Of a stretch of 64,000 nucleotides of DNA, positions 19,794 through 29,523 are shown in pieces; the first letter of the stretch is position 1, and each line of letters starts with the position of its first letter. Below the pieces are notes generated by a model. It ran no database searches, was not told where the DNA came from, and saw only the letters and a list, made by a program, of their open reading frames with translations. The translations under genes and the position numbers were made by a program. Source of the DNA: an uncultured Candidatus Saccharibacteria bacterium (GTDB lineage Bacteria; Patescibacteriota; Minisyncoccia; Portnoybacterales; UBA2143); assembly GCA_964596615.1 (NCBI GenBank), contig CAZQUN010000001.1:1750-65749 (forward strand), in the 5' to 3' direction.

Positions 19794-20048
19794 TTAAAAG
19801 AACGGTAATAGAGAATCTGCTCTGCGTAGATTCTCTTCAGCTAGTTCTATTTTTTCTATTAATTTCCGTTCCTCTCTCTGGTAATGTTCTTGAGGTGTAA
19901 GTTTTCTAAGTCCTTGTAATTCTATTTCCATTTTCGCTAATATAGATCTGTTCTTCCATTTCGCAAGAAGTAGAGCTCCTGTGAATATAACGGAAAGGAC
20001 TAGAATAATAACCAGAAGAAATTTCAAAAAAATCTTACTAGAAGACAT
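19794..20048 (-). CDS. Hypothetical single-TM coiled-coil protein
   Basis: GGAAAGAGG SD before ATG at 20048; N-terminal TM. Confidence 0.55.
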   Translation of the reverse strand: MSSSKIFLKFLLVIILVLSVIFTGALLLAKWKNRSILAKMEIELQGLRKLTPQEHYQREERKLIEKIELAEENLRRADSLLPFF

Positions 20049-20126
20049 TATCCTCTTTCCTATAATATGATAAGAAGTTTCCAAAACACACCCCCTCAAA
20101 AAGTTATTAAACAACTTATATAATCC

Positions 20127-20645
20127 TTACCTTTTTCTCCACTGGGGAGCTCGCCTGGCTTTTTTCAAGCCCGGCTTTTTTCTTTCTTTTTCCCTTGGAT
20201 CACGAGTCAGAAAACCTCCTCTTTTTAGTTTTTTTGAAAAATCAGGGTTAAATTTGACTAAAGTTCTGGCCAGGCCATGGGAAATGGCCTCAGCCTGTCC
20301 TTTAATTCCGCCACCCTTAACTTTAGCCGTAACTTCAAACCTATTCAAAGACTTCATCTTTATTAAAGGATTAATAGCAGTTTGCTGAAGTTCAAAGGTT
20401 GGAAAGAATTCAGTATAGGCTTTATCATTAACCTTGACCTTTCCTTTTTTATCTTCAAAAGGCTGACAGGTAAAAAGTCGGACCCGGGCAACTGCCCTTT
20501 TCCGACGACCAACCGCTTCATAATATTTTTTCGTTACTTTCTCTGTTTTTTTCGGAGCTTTCTTCTTGGTTGCTTTCTTGACCGGAGTTTTTTTAACCTT
20601 TTTAACCGAAGCGGTTTTTTTAGTTGTTTTTTTCTTTTCCGGCAT
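20127..20645 (-). CDS. rpsI: 30S ribosomal protein S9 with Lys-rich N-terminal extension
   Basis: GRRKRAVARV, GGGIKGQAEA, LTRDPREKERKKPG...PQWRKR. Confidence 0.97.
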   Translation of the reverse strand: MPEKKKTTKKTASVKKVKKTPVKKATKKKAPKKTEKVTKKYYEAVGRRKRAVARVRLFTCQPFEDKKGKVKVNDKAYTEFFPTFELQQTAINPLIKMKSLNRFEVTAKVKGGGIKGQAEAISHGLARTLVKFNPDFSKKLKRGGFLTRDPREKERKKPGLKKARRAPQWRKR

Positions 20646-20999
20646 TTATTTCATTTCTCCTTTATGAAGTTCTAATTTTGTAATTATCCTATTCCTCAAC
20701 TTATTCTTCGGCAACATGCCATAGACCGCTTTCCTTAAAACTTCCCGGGAATCTTTTTTCATGGCTTCCTCTAATCTGGTTTCCTTTATTCCGCCCGGAT
20801 AGCCGGAATGATGGTAATAGATTTTATCTTTCATTTTCTGGCCGGTCACTCTGATTTTATCAGTGTTTTTGACAATAACTTGGTCGCCTTTGTCTAAATA
20901 AGGAACAAAGTCCGGTTTTCCTTTGCCGCGCAATAAGTTAGCGATTTCAACCGCTAATCTTCCCAGTATTTTATCTGTCGCGTCAATAGTGTGTTTCAT
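20646..20999 (-). CDS. rplM: 50S ribosomal protein L13
   Basis: ILGRLA, LRGKGKP, HSGYPGG, GMLPKNKL. Confidence 0.97.
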   Translation of the reverse strand: MKHTIDATDKILGRLAVEIANLLRGKGKPDFVPYLDKGDQVIVKNTDKIRVTGQKMKDKIYYHHSGYPGGIKETRLEEAMKKDSREVLRKAVYGMLPKNKLRNRIITKLELHKGEMK

Positions 21000-21350
21000 T
21001 TATTTAACTAACTCAATTATTGCCATTTCCGCTCCATCTTTTTTCCTTGGAATGGTTTTAATAATTCTGGTATAACCCCCTTTTCTTTCTTGGTAGCGGG
21101 GACCAATTTCTATCCTGATTTTCTTTCTGGCTTTTTCCGACAGGTATCTGGCCAGGTATCTGGTTGAAGCCAATTTATTCTCTCTGCTCTTGGTAATTAA
21201 TTTCTCGACAAAAGGACGGAGTTCTTTGGCTTTAGCCTGAGTGGTAGTAATTCTTTCTTTCAAAATTAAACTGGCAGCTAAACTTTTTAAAAGCGCTTTG
21301 CGTTCATCTTTTTTTCTGCCAAGTTTTCTGCCCTTTTTTAAATGTTTCAT
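21000..21350 (-). CDS. rplQ: 50S ribosomal protein L17
   Basis: GRKLGR, ITTTQAKAKE, GGYTRI, DGAEMAIIE. Confidence 0.97.
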   Translation of the reverse strand: MKHLKKGRKLGRKKDERKALLKSLAASLILKERITTTQAKAKELRPFVEKLITKSRENKLASTRYLARYLSEKARKKIRIEIGPRYQERKGGYTRIIKTIPRKKDGAEMAIIELVK

Positions 21351-22312
21351 TACTTTGATTTCAGGGTCAATCCTAATTTACCTAAAGCCCTCTTTATTTC
21401 AACAATTCCTTTGCTACCAAGCCCTTCAATTTTTTCTAAATCAGATTCGCTTTTTCTGATTAGTCCGGCAACGGTTTTAAGCCCAACAGAATCCAGAACA
21501 CTAATATTCCGGGTAGAAATCTTTAACTCGGATGTCTTTTTCTTAGTGACATCTTCTTTAACTTCTCTAACCTTTTCTTCTTTTTTCTCTTTCTTTTTCT
21601 TCTTCTTGATTGGTTTTTTCTTTTTATCTTTCTCCCCTACCAATGAAAAAACCTGGAAGTGGTCAACTAAAATCTGGCTGGCTTTAAGAAAGGCCTCTTC
21701 AGGAGTAATTGAACCATCAGTTTCAATATTAATTTTCAAACGGCCATAATCAGTCCTTTCTCCAACCCGCATATTCTCAGTCGAATGAGTTACTTTTTTA
21801 ACCGGGCTAAAAATGGCATCAACCGCGATTTTACCAATCTCAAGTTTCCTCTTTTTTCTTTCTTCAAAGGGAGAATAACCTAATCCCGGCTCAATTTCAA
21901 TCTCCATATCCAAATCTGACTTTTTGTCAGTCAGAGTGGCGATATAGGCATCTTTGCTAACAATCTCTACTTCCGGTCCAATTTTAATATCGCCGGCCTT
22001 AACTTCCTTTTGGCCCTTAATTTTCAAAGTTGCTTTGACTGGTTGGTCGGTGTGAAGTTTAAATCTGACCTGTTTGAGGTTAAGAATAATCTGGACAACA
22101 TCTTCCTTAATATTAGGGATAGCAGAGAATTCATGCTGAACTCCTTTAATTTTAATGCCGGTGATAGCCGCTCCCGGCAAAGAAGAAAGAAGAACCCGGC
22201 GAAAAGCATTTCCCAAAGTGGTTCCATAACCCGGATAACAGGCTTCAATTTCGAAAACTGCCCGGTTTTCCTCTTTTTCAACTATTTTTGGCTTTTTTGG
22301 TAAAGTGATCAT
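21350..22312 (-). CDS. rpoA: RNA polymerase alpha subunit
   Basis: GYGTTLGNAFRRVLLSSLPGAA, VDAIFSPV, RVGERTDY. Confidence 0.97.
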   Translation of the reverse strand: MITLPKKPKIVEKEENRAVFEIEACYPGYGTTLGNAFRRVLLSSLPGAAITGIKIKGVQHEFSAIPNIKEDVVQIILNLKQVRFKLHTDQPVKATLKIKGQKEVKAGDIKIGPEVEIVSKDAYIATLTDKKSDLDMEIEIEPGLGYSPFEERKKRKLEIGKIAVDAIFSPVKKVTHSTENMRVGERTDYGRLKINIETDGSITPEEAFLKASQILVDHFQVFSLVGEKDKKKKPIKKKKKKEKKEEKVREVKEDVTKKKTSELKISTRNISVLDSVGLKTVAGLIRKSESDLEKIEGLGSKGIVEIKRALGKLGLTLKSK

Positions 22313-22336
22313 AATAAATATTTTTAATTTAATTTT

Positions 22337-22960
22337 TTAACGACTATAGTACTCAATAATCATATTAATTTGACCAATTCTATCCAAATTCTCCAACTTG
22401 GGCTCATCTTTTACTCTGGCCTCAAATTTTTCTTTCTCTGATACCAGCCAGGTTGGAACCTGGTGTTTTTTCAAAGTCATTTTTAAATCCTTGAAAAGAT
22501 TTGATTTCTGGCTTTTTTCTTTTAGGGTAATCAGATCATCTTTTCTGACATGGTAGGAGGGAATATCAAGTTTTCTGCCGTTGATCAGGACATGTCCGTG
22601 ATTGACCAGCTGCCTGGACAAATTTCTTGATTTGGCCCAACCCAGACGGAAAACAACATTATCAAGACGCTTCTCCAGTTTCTGGGCTAAAAGCTCTTCC
22701 TTATTCCCCTTTTGGTTGGCAATTTCCTTAAAATATTTTTTAAACTGTTCTTCAGAAATGCCATAGGCATATCTAACTTTTTGCTTTTCTGCTAATTGCT
22801 GGCCATATTCAGAAAGACGGGACCTTCTTGATTTCCCATGAACTCCAGGAGGATAAGGTCTCCTGACCATAGCGCATTTCTGACTAAAACATTTATCTCC
22901 TTTTAAAAAGAGTTTTTCTCCTGCTCTTCTGCATTTTTTACATTTTGAATTAATTATCAT
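22337..22960 (-). CDS. rpsD: 30S ribosomal protein S4 (Zn-binding type)
   Basis: CKKCRR...C...C, PPGVHG, EKQK, RLDNVVFR, IIEYYSR. Confidence 0.97.
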   Translation of the reverse strand: MIINSKCKKCRRAGEKLFLKGDKCFSQKCAMVRRPYPPGVHGKSRRSRLSEYGQQLAEKQKVRYAYGISEEQFKKYFKEIANQKGNKEELLAQKLEKRLDNVVFRLGWAKSRNLSRQLVNHGHVLINGRKLDIPSYHVRKDDLITLKEKSQKSNLFKDLKMTLKKHQVPTWLVSEKEKFEARVKDEPKLENLDRIGQINMIIEYYSR

Positions 22961-22961
22961 A

Positions 22962-23426
22962 CTAGACTCTCCTTGGTTTTTTTGGCCGACAGCCATTATG
23001 CGGAATAGGGGTCATATCTTTAATTGAACTAATTTCAAGCCCGTAATTAACCAGGGCTCTAATAGCCGCATCCCGACCGCTGCCAACTCCCCTGACGAAA
23101 ATAGAGACTTCTCTTAAATCCAGCCCCCTGGCCTTTTCAATTAAAGTTTCAACCACTTTTGAAGCGGCAAAGGGCGTTGCTTTTTTCGGACCCTTAAAGC
23201 CAACCGAGCCGGCGCTTGACCAGGCAACAATATTGCCCTCCAAATCAGTTAAAGTAATCATGGTATTATTGTAGGTTGACTGGATATAGACATTGGCACG
23301 ATTAAGACGACCGAGTTTCTTTTTCTTGCCTTTTTTAGGAGTAGCTTTAACTTCTTTTTTCTCAGCCCCCTCTGTCTCTTTTAAGAGTTCTTCTTCAGTT
23401 TTTTTAATAATTCGTTTCTTGCCCAT
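22962..23426 (-). CDS. rpsK: 30S ribosomal protein S11
   Basis: STYNNT, GFKGPKKATPFAA, TPIPHNGCRP. Confidence 0.97.
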   Translation of the reverse strand: MGKKRIIKKTEEELLKETEGAEKKEVKATPKKGKKKKLGRLNRANVYIQSTYNNTMITLTDLEGNIVAWSSAGSVGFKGPKKATPFAASKVVETLIEKARGLDLREVSIFVRGVGSGRDAAIRALVNYGLEISSIKDMTPIPHNGCRPKKPRRV

Positions 23427-23428
23427 GA

Positions 23429-23818
23429 TTATGTCTTTTCAGCGGCTTTCTTTCTTCCGCTGCCCATTGTTTTTCGAACATTACCCCTGACTGTCCGGGT
23501 ATTGGTTTTGGTCTGTTGGCCTCTGACCGGCAGGCCTTTGCTGTGACGGCTTCCCCGGTAAGAACCGGTATCTTTTAGGCGTTTGATGTTAAGCATTTTT
23601 TCCCGTCTTAACTCACCTTCAACCCGGTGCTCCTTTTCAACTATCTCTCTTAAACGATTGGCTTCCTGACTGGATAATTGCTTCGACCGGGTATCAGGAT
23701 TTATCTTGGCTTCAGCCAGAATCTTGTTACTTAAAGAACGACCTATGCCGTAGATATAGGTCAGAGCAATTTCTATTCTTTTGTTCTCCGGAATATTTAC
23801 TCCGGCAATTCTTATCAT
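23429..23818 (-). CDS. rpsM: 30S ribosomal protein S13
   Basis: [27 protein letters not shown]. Confidence 0.97.
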   Translation of the reverse strand: MIRIAGVNIPENKRIEIALTYIYGIGRSLSNKILAEAKINPDTRSKQLSSQEANRLREIVEKEHRVEGELRREKMLNIKRLKDTGSYRGSRHSKGLPVRGQQTKTNTRTVRGNVRKTMGSGRKKAAEKT

Positions 23819-23831
23819 AGTATTAAAAAAA

Positions 23832-23945
23832 TTAGCCCTGTCTTTGCTTGTGCTTGGGGTTTTTACAAATAACATAAACCCGACCTTTACGTCGGACAAT
23901 TTTACACTGGACACACATTTTTTTAACCGAGGCTCTTACTTTCAT
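23832..23945 (-). CDS. rpmJ: 50S ribosomal protein L36
   Basis: [11 protein letters not shown]...HKQRQG. Confidence 0.97.
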   Translation of the reverse strand: MKVRASVKKMCVQCKIVRRKGRVYVICKNPKHKQRQG

Positions 23946-23946
23946 A

Positions 23947-24171
23947 TTATTTCTCCCGATAAACAATTCTTCCTCTTGTTTCATCATAGGGGCTGACTTC
24001 AATTCTAACCCTATCACCAACAAGGACCCGAATACGATTAAGCCGCATCCGGCCGGAAAGAGTAACTAAAACCTCTTTGTCGCTTTCGTTTAGCTTAACC
24101 CGAAAAGTGGTTCCAGGCAGGGCTTCAATAACAATTCCTTCTTTTGTGTTTATTTCCTTATCTTGTCGCAC
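23947..24171 (-). CDS. infA: Translation initiation factor IF-1
   Basis: [28 protein letters not shown]; GTG start. Confidence 0.96.
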   Translation of the reverse strand: MRQDKEINTKEGIVIEALPGTTFRVKLNESDKEVLVTLSGRMRLNRIRVLVGDRVRIEVSPYDETRGRIVYREK

Positions 24172-24177
24172 TTTTGT

Positions 24178-24206
24178 ATATTAGACAATATTTTGAAAAT
24201 AGTCAA
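24178..24206 (-). promoter_or_regulatory. Probable leaderless promoter of the infA-alpha operon
   Basis: TTGACT-17-TAATAT, then 6 nt to GTG. Confidence 0.65.
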
Positions 24207-24266
24207 CACAAGACCTCCCACCATTAAGGAGGACTCATATGATAAAAAAACCTGTTTTAATTAAAA

Positions 24267-26150
24267 TTATTCAACTGTAATTTTAATCTTCTTCTCTTGT
24301 TTTGGTATCCTATTAGCCCAAAACGGCCAAAAAGTGACCTTGGCCTTTTCAATCTCCGGCTGGCTGGTCAGATATTTCCTAACTTCAACTTCTTCTTTTC
24401 CGACTAAATTACTTTTAAGTTTATCCGTATCAATCTTAAAAGCCAAATCTTCCTCTATCTCAAGAGAAAAACTTACTTCGCCTTTTTCCCAGTCAATAAT
24501 TGGTTCCTGCCATTTAATCTTTTGGGTATCAGACAAAGGCCTTTTTTCTTCAGTAATCTGGGCAATTAAATTAAGGTCTATCAAATCTTTCAAATCCTCT
24601 TCCCTGTAAAGCAGAGCCCGGATAACCATATCAATTCCTAAATTAAATTTATCGGCCTGGTCATCTTCTTTGGCGGTAGAAGTAATATCGGCAATCTCTT
24701 CTTTTAGTCCGCCTTCCAATATCTTCAAATCACTTGGAATCTGTTCTTCCAGGGCCTGGCTAACTTCGCCCTTTAACTGTTCGATTAAAATCTTTTCAGC
24801 CTGTTCCAAATCTTCAGCTAGAACAACCTTAACCTTTTCAATTGAACCGCCGGACATTGATTCTTTCGATTTGCCGTAGAAACTGGCGAATTTGGGACCG
24901 CCTTTAAATCCAGGGATGGTGAAATCAGCCGGACCAATATTGTAATCATCTCCTGGCTGGTCAGCGATAACTTCAACATCAATACTGCTGGCAATTATTC
25001 TTCCTTCTTCAATTTTTGCTCCTGGAACGGTAATGGTTTTAGGTATTCTGAAAATCTTGCCATCAGGTGATTCAAAACGGGTGGTTGCGACTAAGGTCTG
25101 ATCACTCGAGCTGTACTCATTATAGACCGTGATGGTTCCTTTTGCTTTTTCATCTAATTGTTTTTCTCCTGTTGCCAGGAATTCTTGACTATTTGATTTG
25201 ACTACCTTGACCTCTTGAAGAGGAAGACGATTCAGAATTTCATCAATCCTTGAAATACTGACTGTTCCGATTAAAGATAAGTCAAAACTCTTTTTTTCAA
25301 CCTTAGGGGTAATGGTAATTTCAGTGCTGGGCAGGACCAGGTAAGTAACCGTTCCTGAAATAACAACGGCCAGGATAATGAAAAGAATAAAAATCTTTGA
25401 CCATTTTAATCTTCTTCCTTCGTGTTCAACTCTGACTGGTTCCATTCTTGGGGGAATAATATCTTCCTGCCTTGGCTGAGGTTCAATTCTTTCTTGGGGA
25501 ATCTTCTTCTTGGAAAGAAACTTTTCGCCTAAAATTCGGCGTCTGAAGAAATTAACTTTAACATCTTCCGGGTCAACAATATCCATTGATTTTTTCTTTG
25601 GCTTTTTCAGAGAAAAAACATCAATACTTTTGTTTTTCAGAGGAACAAATCTGTCTAAGCCAGAAGGAGATTTCTTCTGAACTAATTGAGTAACAACTTC
25701 ATCTTCTTCTTTATTCAACGAAGAATTAATCTTGTCTTTTTCCTTATCTGATTCCATTTCTTCAACCAAAAGACCAATCATATTTTCCTTATTCTTGCCT
25801 AGTCTTTCCTTTGGCGAAGTCAATGTTTTTACTTTTATTGCCTTGGGTTCTCTTTTTTTCTCTGTTGGTTTGGCCTGAGCCAGTTCAATTGGAAAATCAT
25901 TTTCTCTCCTAACCTTAAAACCAACATTCTCAGCCGCTTCTTTTTCCAAACTATCCGTAACAATCAAAGTTACGTCCTTGCCTAAAATATCTGCTTCTCG
26001 CTTGAGCAATTTCAAATTAATCGAACTCTGCCAGACCTGGGCCCCCCGGGGAATAACTAAACCAATCTCCTTTCCCTTATCCTGAGCGAGTCGGTCGATA
26101 ATGGAGACGATTTCCTCATTTGGTTCAATAAAAATGTTTTTTTGTTCCAT
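24267..26150 (-). CDS. Single-TM protein with baseplate-J-like extracellular domain
   Basis: Cytoplasmic N-domain, charged linker, TM, then ATGEK...GTITVYN...TRFES...VIADQPGDDYNI pattern; follows the FtsA-like gene. Confidence 0.65.
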   Translation of the reverse strand: MEQKNIFIEPNEEIVSIIDRLAQDKGKEIGLVIPRGAQVWQSSINLKLLKREADILGKDVTLIVTDSLEKEAAENVGFKVRRENDFPIELAQAKPTEKKREPKAIKVKTLTSPKERLGKNKENMIGLLVEEMESDKEKDKINSSLNKEEDEVVTQLVQKKSPSGLDRFVPLKNKSIDVFSLKKPKKKSMDIVDPEDVKVNFFRRRILGEKFLSKKKIPQERIEPQPRQEDIIPPRMEPVRVEHEGRRLKWSKIFILFIILAVVISGTVTYLVLPSTEITITPKVEKKSFDLSLIGTVSISRIDEILNRLPLQEVKVVKSNSQEFLATGEKQLDEKAKGTITVYNEYSSSDQTLVATTRFESPDGKIFRIPKTITVPGAKIEEGRIIASSIDVEVIADQPGDDYNIGPADFTIPGFKGGPKFASFYGKSKESMSGGSIEKVKVVLAEDLEQAEKILIEQLKGEVSQALEEQIPSDLKILEGGLKEEIADITSTAKEDDQADKFNLGIDMVIRALLYREEDLKDLIDLNLIAQITEEKRPLSDTQKIKWQEPIIDWEKGEVSFSLEIEEDLAFKIDTDKLKSNLVGKEEVEVRKYLTSQPEIEKAKVTFWPFWANRIPKQEKKIKITVE

Positions 26151-26152
26151 AA

Positions 26153-27424
26153 CTACTTATGCATTATTCTGACCATTCGCCGTAGAATCGGCGGCAGGAC
26201 CTTATCTTCTTCTGTAGCAATTTCTAAGGTTAAACTTGCCAAAGCCAGAGGAGTAACATCCTCTGGTCCATTCAAACTATTAGTTCGGTCAATAATATTC
26301 TCGATATGCCCCGGTTGGATAAAGCCAACCTGAGGGGACTGGGAAAAAGGAAACTTCTCCCACCATTGCCGAAGAACAGCTTCTTTTTTTAAAATATTCT
26401 TGACTCCGGGCAACAAACTTCCTCCCCCGCATAAAAGAATTGAAGAAGGAAAATATTCAGCCTGCTTAAAATCCTCTAAGATTAATTCTATTCCGTCAAA
26501 CCAGATTTCCATATCTCTTTTTAAAATTTCATTGATTTTTCTTCTGACACTCTGACTTAACTGGCGATAACCATAGCGAACCTTTATTTCCTCGGCCTCA
26601 TTCATGCCTAAACCAAGATTCTGACAAAGCCGTTTGGTAAATGTTTGTCCGGCTAAAGCAAAGCTCTTTATTCCATCAACCCTGTTCTGACGAACCAGGG
26701 CAACATCAGTTGTTCCTCCGCCAATATCAATGAAAATGGCGCCGGCGGTTGGATTAAATCCAGAACTCTTAGTTAAGGCATAAGGGTCAGCAACAACCGA
26801 GAGCAGATCCAAATTTAGTTTTGAGGCAATACTTTCCAATGCCTTCAAATGAACCAAAGGCGCGTAAACGCTAAAGGTATTTAAAAATATTTCTCCTCCT
26901 TCAAAACCCAGAGGATTAGTTACCGGATAGCCGTCAATCCTGATATCAGTTACCAAAGCATTAACCAATCTAATCTCAATTTCTGACTGACAGGTTTCGC
27001 AGGCCAAAACTTTCCGGGCTTTATCATAGGCCTTCCATTGGGCTTTTTGGATAATATTCTGGAGCTCAGATAAATCAATCTTTTTTTCCGGCTCTTCTCT
27101 TTGAGAGGAAAAGGTTGTTGTTGAGCCTTTAACGAATTCACCTGCTACTCCAATGACTGCCCGAGATGGCCTGATTCTGGCCATTTTCCCGGCTTCGTCA
27201 ATTGCCTTCTGGCAGGTCAAAGATACTCCGTCAATATTAGCAACTGCTCCAGCCAGCATATCGCCTGGCTGTTGCCTTGTCCGGGAAAATCCAACAACAA
27301 CACCTTTTTTCTTTTTCTCGTCGCCTAAAATATCTTCTTCTATTTTAAAAATTAAAACCTTAACAAACTCTGTTCCGATATCCAAAGCCAAGAGATAATC
27401 CTTTTTTGATTTTAATCTCCCCAT
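26153..27424 (-). CDS. FtsA-like actin-family ATPase
   Basis: LALDIGTEFVK, IDIGGGTTD, LCGGGS; no ftsZ alongside. Confidence 0.8.
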   Translation of the reverse strand: MGRLKSKKDYLLALDIGTEFVKVLIFKIEEDILGDEKKKKGVVVGFSRTRQQPGDMLAGAVANIDGVSLTCQKAIDEAGKMARIRPSRAVIGVAGEFVKGSTTTFSSQREEPEKKIDLSELQNIIQKAQWKAYDKARKVLACETCQSEIEIRLVNALVTDIRIDGYPVTNPLGFEGGEIFLNTFSVYAPLVHLKALESIASKLNLDLLSVVADPYALTKSSGFNPTAGAIFIDIGGGTTDVALVRQNRVDGIKSFALAGQTFTKRLCQNLGLGMNEAEEIKVRYGYRQLSQSVRRKINEILKRDMEIWFDGIELILEDFKQAEYFPSSILLCGGGSLLPGVKNILKKEAVLRQWWEKFPFSQSPQVGFIQPGHIENIIDRTNSLNGPEDVTPLALASLTLEIATEEDKVLPPILRRMVRIMHK

Positions 27425-27451
27425 TTATATATTTTACAATAAAACCTAGAT

Positions 27452-29200
27452 TTATTCCAGTACAGCTTTGATGCGACGGATACCAGCGCTGGAAGATTGT
27501 TCCTTGGTAATTTTAAAATGACCTAATTCTCCTGTTTTTTCAACATGGGGACCGCCGCAGATTTCCTTTGAAAAATCTTTAATATCGTAAACTTTAACTT
27601 TTTCTCCGTACTTTGATTCAAAGACTCCGGTTGCTTTTTGTTTTTTAGCATCTTCCAAGGACATTTCATCGCAAATAACTGGGAGGTCTTTTTCAATAAC
27701 TTCATTAACTATTTTTTCAACTTCTTTAATTTGTTCATCGGTCATTTTCTCCGGATGAGAAAAATCAAACCTTAATCTTTCAGCAGTAATATTGCTCCCT
27801 TTTTGAATCACGTGGTCGCCAAGAACTTTTTTCAAAGCCGCTAAAAGCAAATGGGCGACAGTATGAAGTTTTTTGGTTTCCTCACCAGCATCAGCCAAGC
27901 CACCTTTGAACTTTCCGGCCGAAGCAGTTCTTGATAATTCCTGATGTTTTTCTAATTCTTTTTCAAATTCTTTTTTATCGACTTTAATCCCTTTTTCCTC
28001 CGCCAATTCTTCAATCATTTCAATTGGAAAGCCGTAGGTTTGATAAAGATTAAATGCATTTTTGCCGTTAATCTCTTTTAGTTTGTTAAATTCTTTCAAT
28101 CCTTTTTCCAGGGTTTGCCTAAACTTTTCTTCTTCTTTTTCTAATTCATTCAGAATAAAATCCCTATTCTTCTCAAGTTCTGGATAAATGTCTTTATGAG
28201 TATCAATACAAACCTGAGCTATTTCTTTCGTAAAATCAGAATTAATGCCAAGAATTTTTGCCTGTCGGATAGATCTCCTGATTAAACGACGTATTGTATA
28301 GCCCTGGTCTACATTTGAAGGTGGAATACCTCTGTCATCGCCCATTATGAATGTTGCCGACCGAAGATGGTCGGCGATAATACGAAAAACCCTCAGATTA
28401 TCTTTGTATTTCTTGCCGGAAATATCTTCAATCTTTCCTATAATCGGCTGAAAAAGATCTATTTTATAGTCATCCTCCTTATTCTCACCCATAACAGCTG
28501 TTATCCGTTCCAGACCGAGACCAGTATCAATATTTTTCTGGACTAATTCCTTAAAAGAACCATCTGGTTCCCTGTTATACTGCATAAAAACAATATTTCC
28601 TAATTCTGTATATTTTCCGCATTGGCAAGAAGGATTACAATCTTCATTGCATTTATCAATACCGAAATCATAAAATATTTCGCTATCAGGTCCGCATGGT
28701 CCTGTTTCTCCAACCGGACCCCACCAATTCTCCTTCTTTGGAAGATAAAAAATTCTTTCATCAGGAATACCTAATTTCTTCCAAATCTTTACCGCTTCGT
28801 CATCACGCGGAGCATCTTTATCGCCTTCAAAAACAGTTACATTTATCTTTTTAACAGGAATTCCTAATTCCGAGGTAAAAAATTCAAGATTCCATTTAAT
28901 GGCATCTTCTTTGAAATAGTCGCCTAGAGACCAGTGGCCGAGCATTTCAAAAAAAGTATGATGGAAACCATTTCCGACTTCGTCTATGTCATCCGTCCTG
29001 ACACATTTCTGTATATTAACTAAACGCTTACCTTCGGGATGTTTTTCTCCTATTAAATATGGGACTAAAGGATGCATCCCGGCTGTGGTGAATAAGACCG
29101 ACGGATCATTTTCCGGAATTAAAGAAGCGCTTGGAATAAAAGCGTGGTTTTTTGACTTAAAAAAATCAATATATTTCTGTCGTAGTTCTTTTGATGTCAT
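27452..29200 (-). CDS. alaS: Alanine-tRNA ligase, short form
   Basis: FTTAGMHP, HHTFFEMLG, GPCGPDSE, DTGLGLER, HTVAH, ICGGPHV, GIRRI; lacks C-Ala. Confidence 0.95.
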   Translation of the reverse strand: MTSKELRQKYIDFFKSKNHAFIPSASLIPENDPSVLFTTAGMHPLVPYLIGEKHPEGKRLVNIQKCVRTDDIDEVGNGFHHTFFEMLGHWSLGDYFKEDAIKWNLEFFTSELGIPVKKINVTVFEGDKDAPRDDEAVKIWKKLGIPDERIFYLPKKENWWGPVGETGPCGPDSEIFYDFGIDKCNEDCNPSCQCGKYTELGNIVFMQYNREPDGSFKELVQKNIDTGLGLERITAVMGENKEDDYKIDLFQPIIGKIEDISGKKYKDNLRVFRIIADHLRSATFIMGDDRGIPPSNVDQGYTIRRLIRRSIRQAKILGINSDFTKEIAQVCIDTHKDIYPELEKNRDFILNELEKEEEKFRQTLEKGLKEFNKLKEINGKNAFNLYQTYGFPIEMIEELAEEKGIKVDKKEFEKELEKHQELSRTASAGKFKGGLADAGEETKKLHTVAHLLLAALKKVLGDHVIQKGSNITAERLRFDFSHPEKMTDEQIKEVEKIVNEVIEKDLPVICDEMSLEDAKKQKATGVFESKYGEKVKVYDIKDFSKEICGGPHVEKTGELGHFKITKEQSSSAGIRRIKAVLE

Positions 29201-29253
29201 AAAACATCTTCCCTGATCTAATCAGGTCAAATTATTAAAATTATACTACCCTA

Positions 29254-29502
29254 CTATTCTGATTTAATAAACCTATTATAAAGCCAGGCAAAAATCCATC
29301 CGCCAATAAAGCCATAGATAAAGCCCCAAACCAGACCAATAAAAGCGCCCATATAACTGATTGAGTAACCAAAATAGAATTGTTCTATGAGGGCTAATGT
29401 ATTGCCGCCATCCTTTAACATTACCCAGATAGTCATTATTAAAACTATCAACCCCCAAGTAATTCCAGAAGCCAGGGCAAAGGCCTTTTTGTCTAATTTC
29501 AT
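29254..29502 (-). CDS. Small two-TM membrane protein
   Basis: AFALASG...YFGYSISYMGAFIG...FAWLYN; this family is often labelled holin-like, but function is not supported here. Confidence 0.7.
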   Translation of the reverse strand: MKLDKKAFALASGITWGLIVLIMTIWVMLKDGGNTLALIEQFYFGYSISYMGAFIGLVWGFIYGFIGGWIFAWLYNRFIKSE

Positions 29503-29523
29503 TTTTCTCACCCCCCTTCTTTT

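Noticed and set aside
24267-29502. Prophage, suggested by the baseplate-J-like and holin-like labels
   Set aside because: No integrase, terminase, capsid or tail genes; the neighbours are housekeeping genes.
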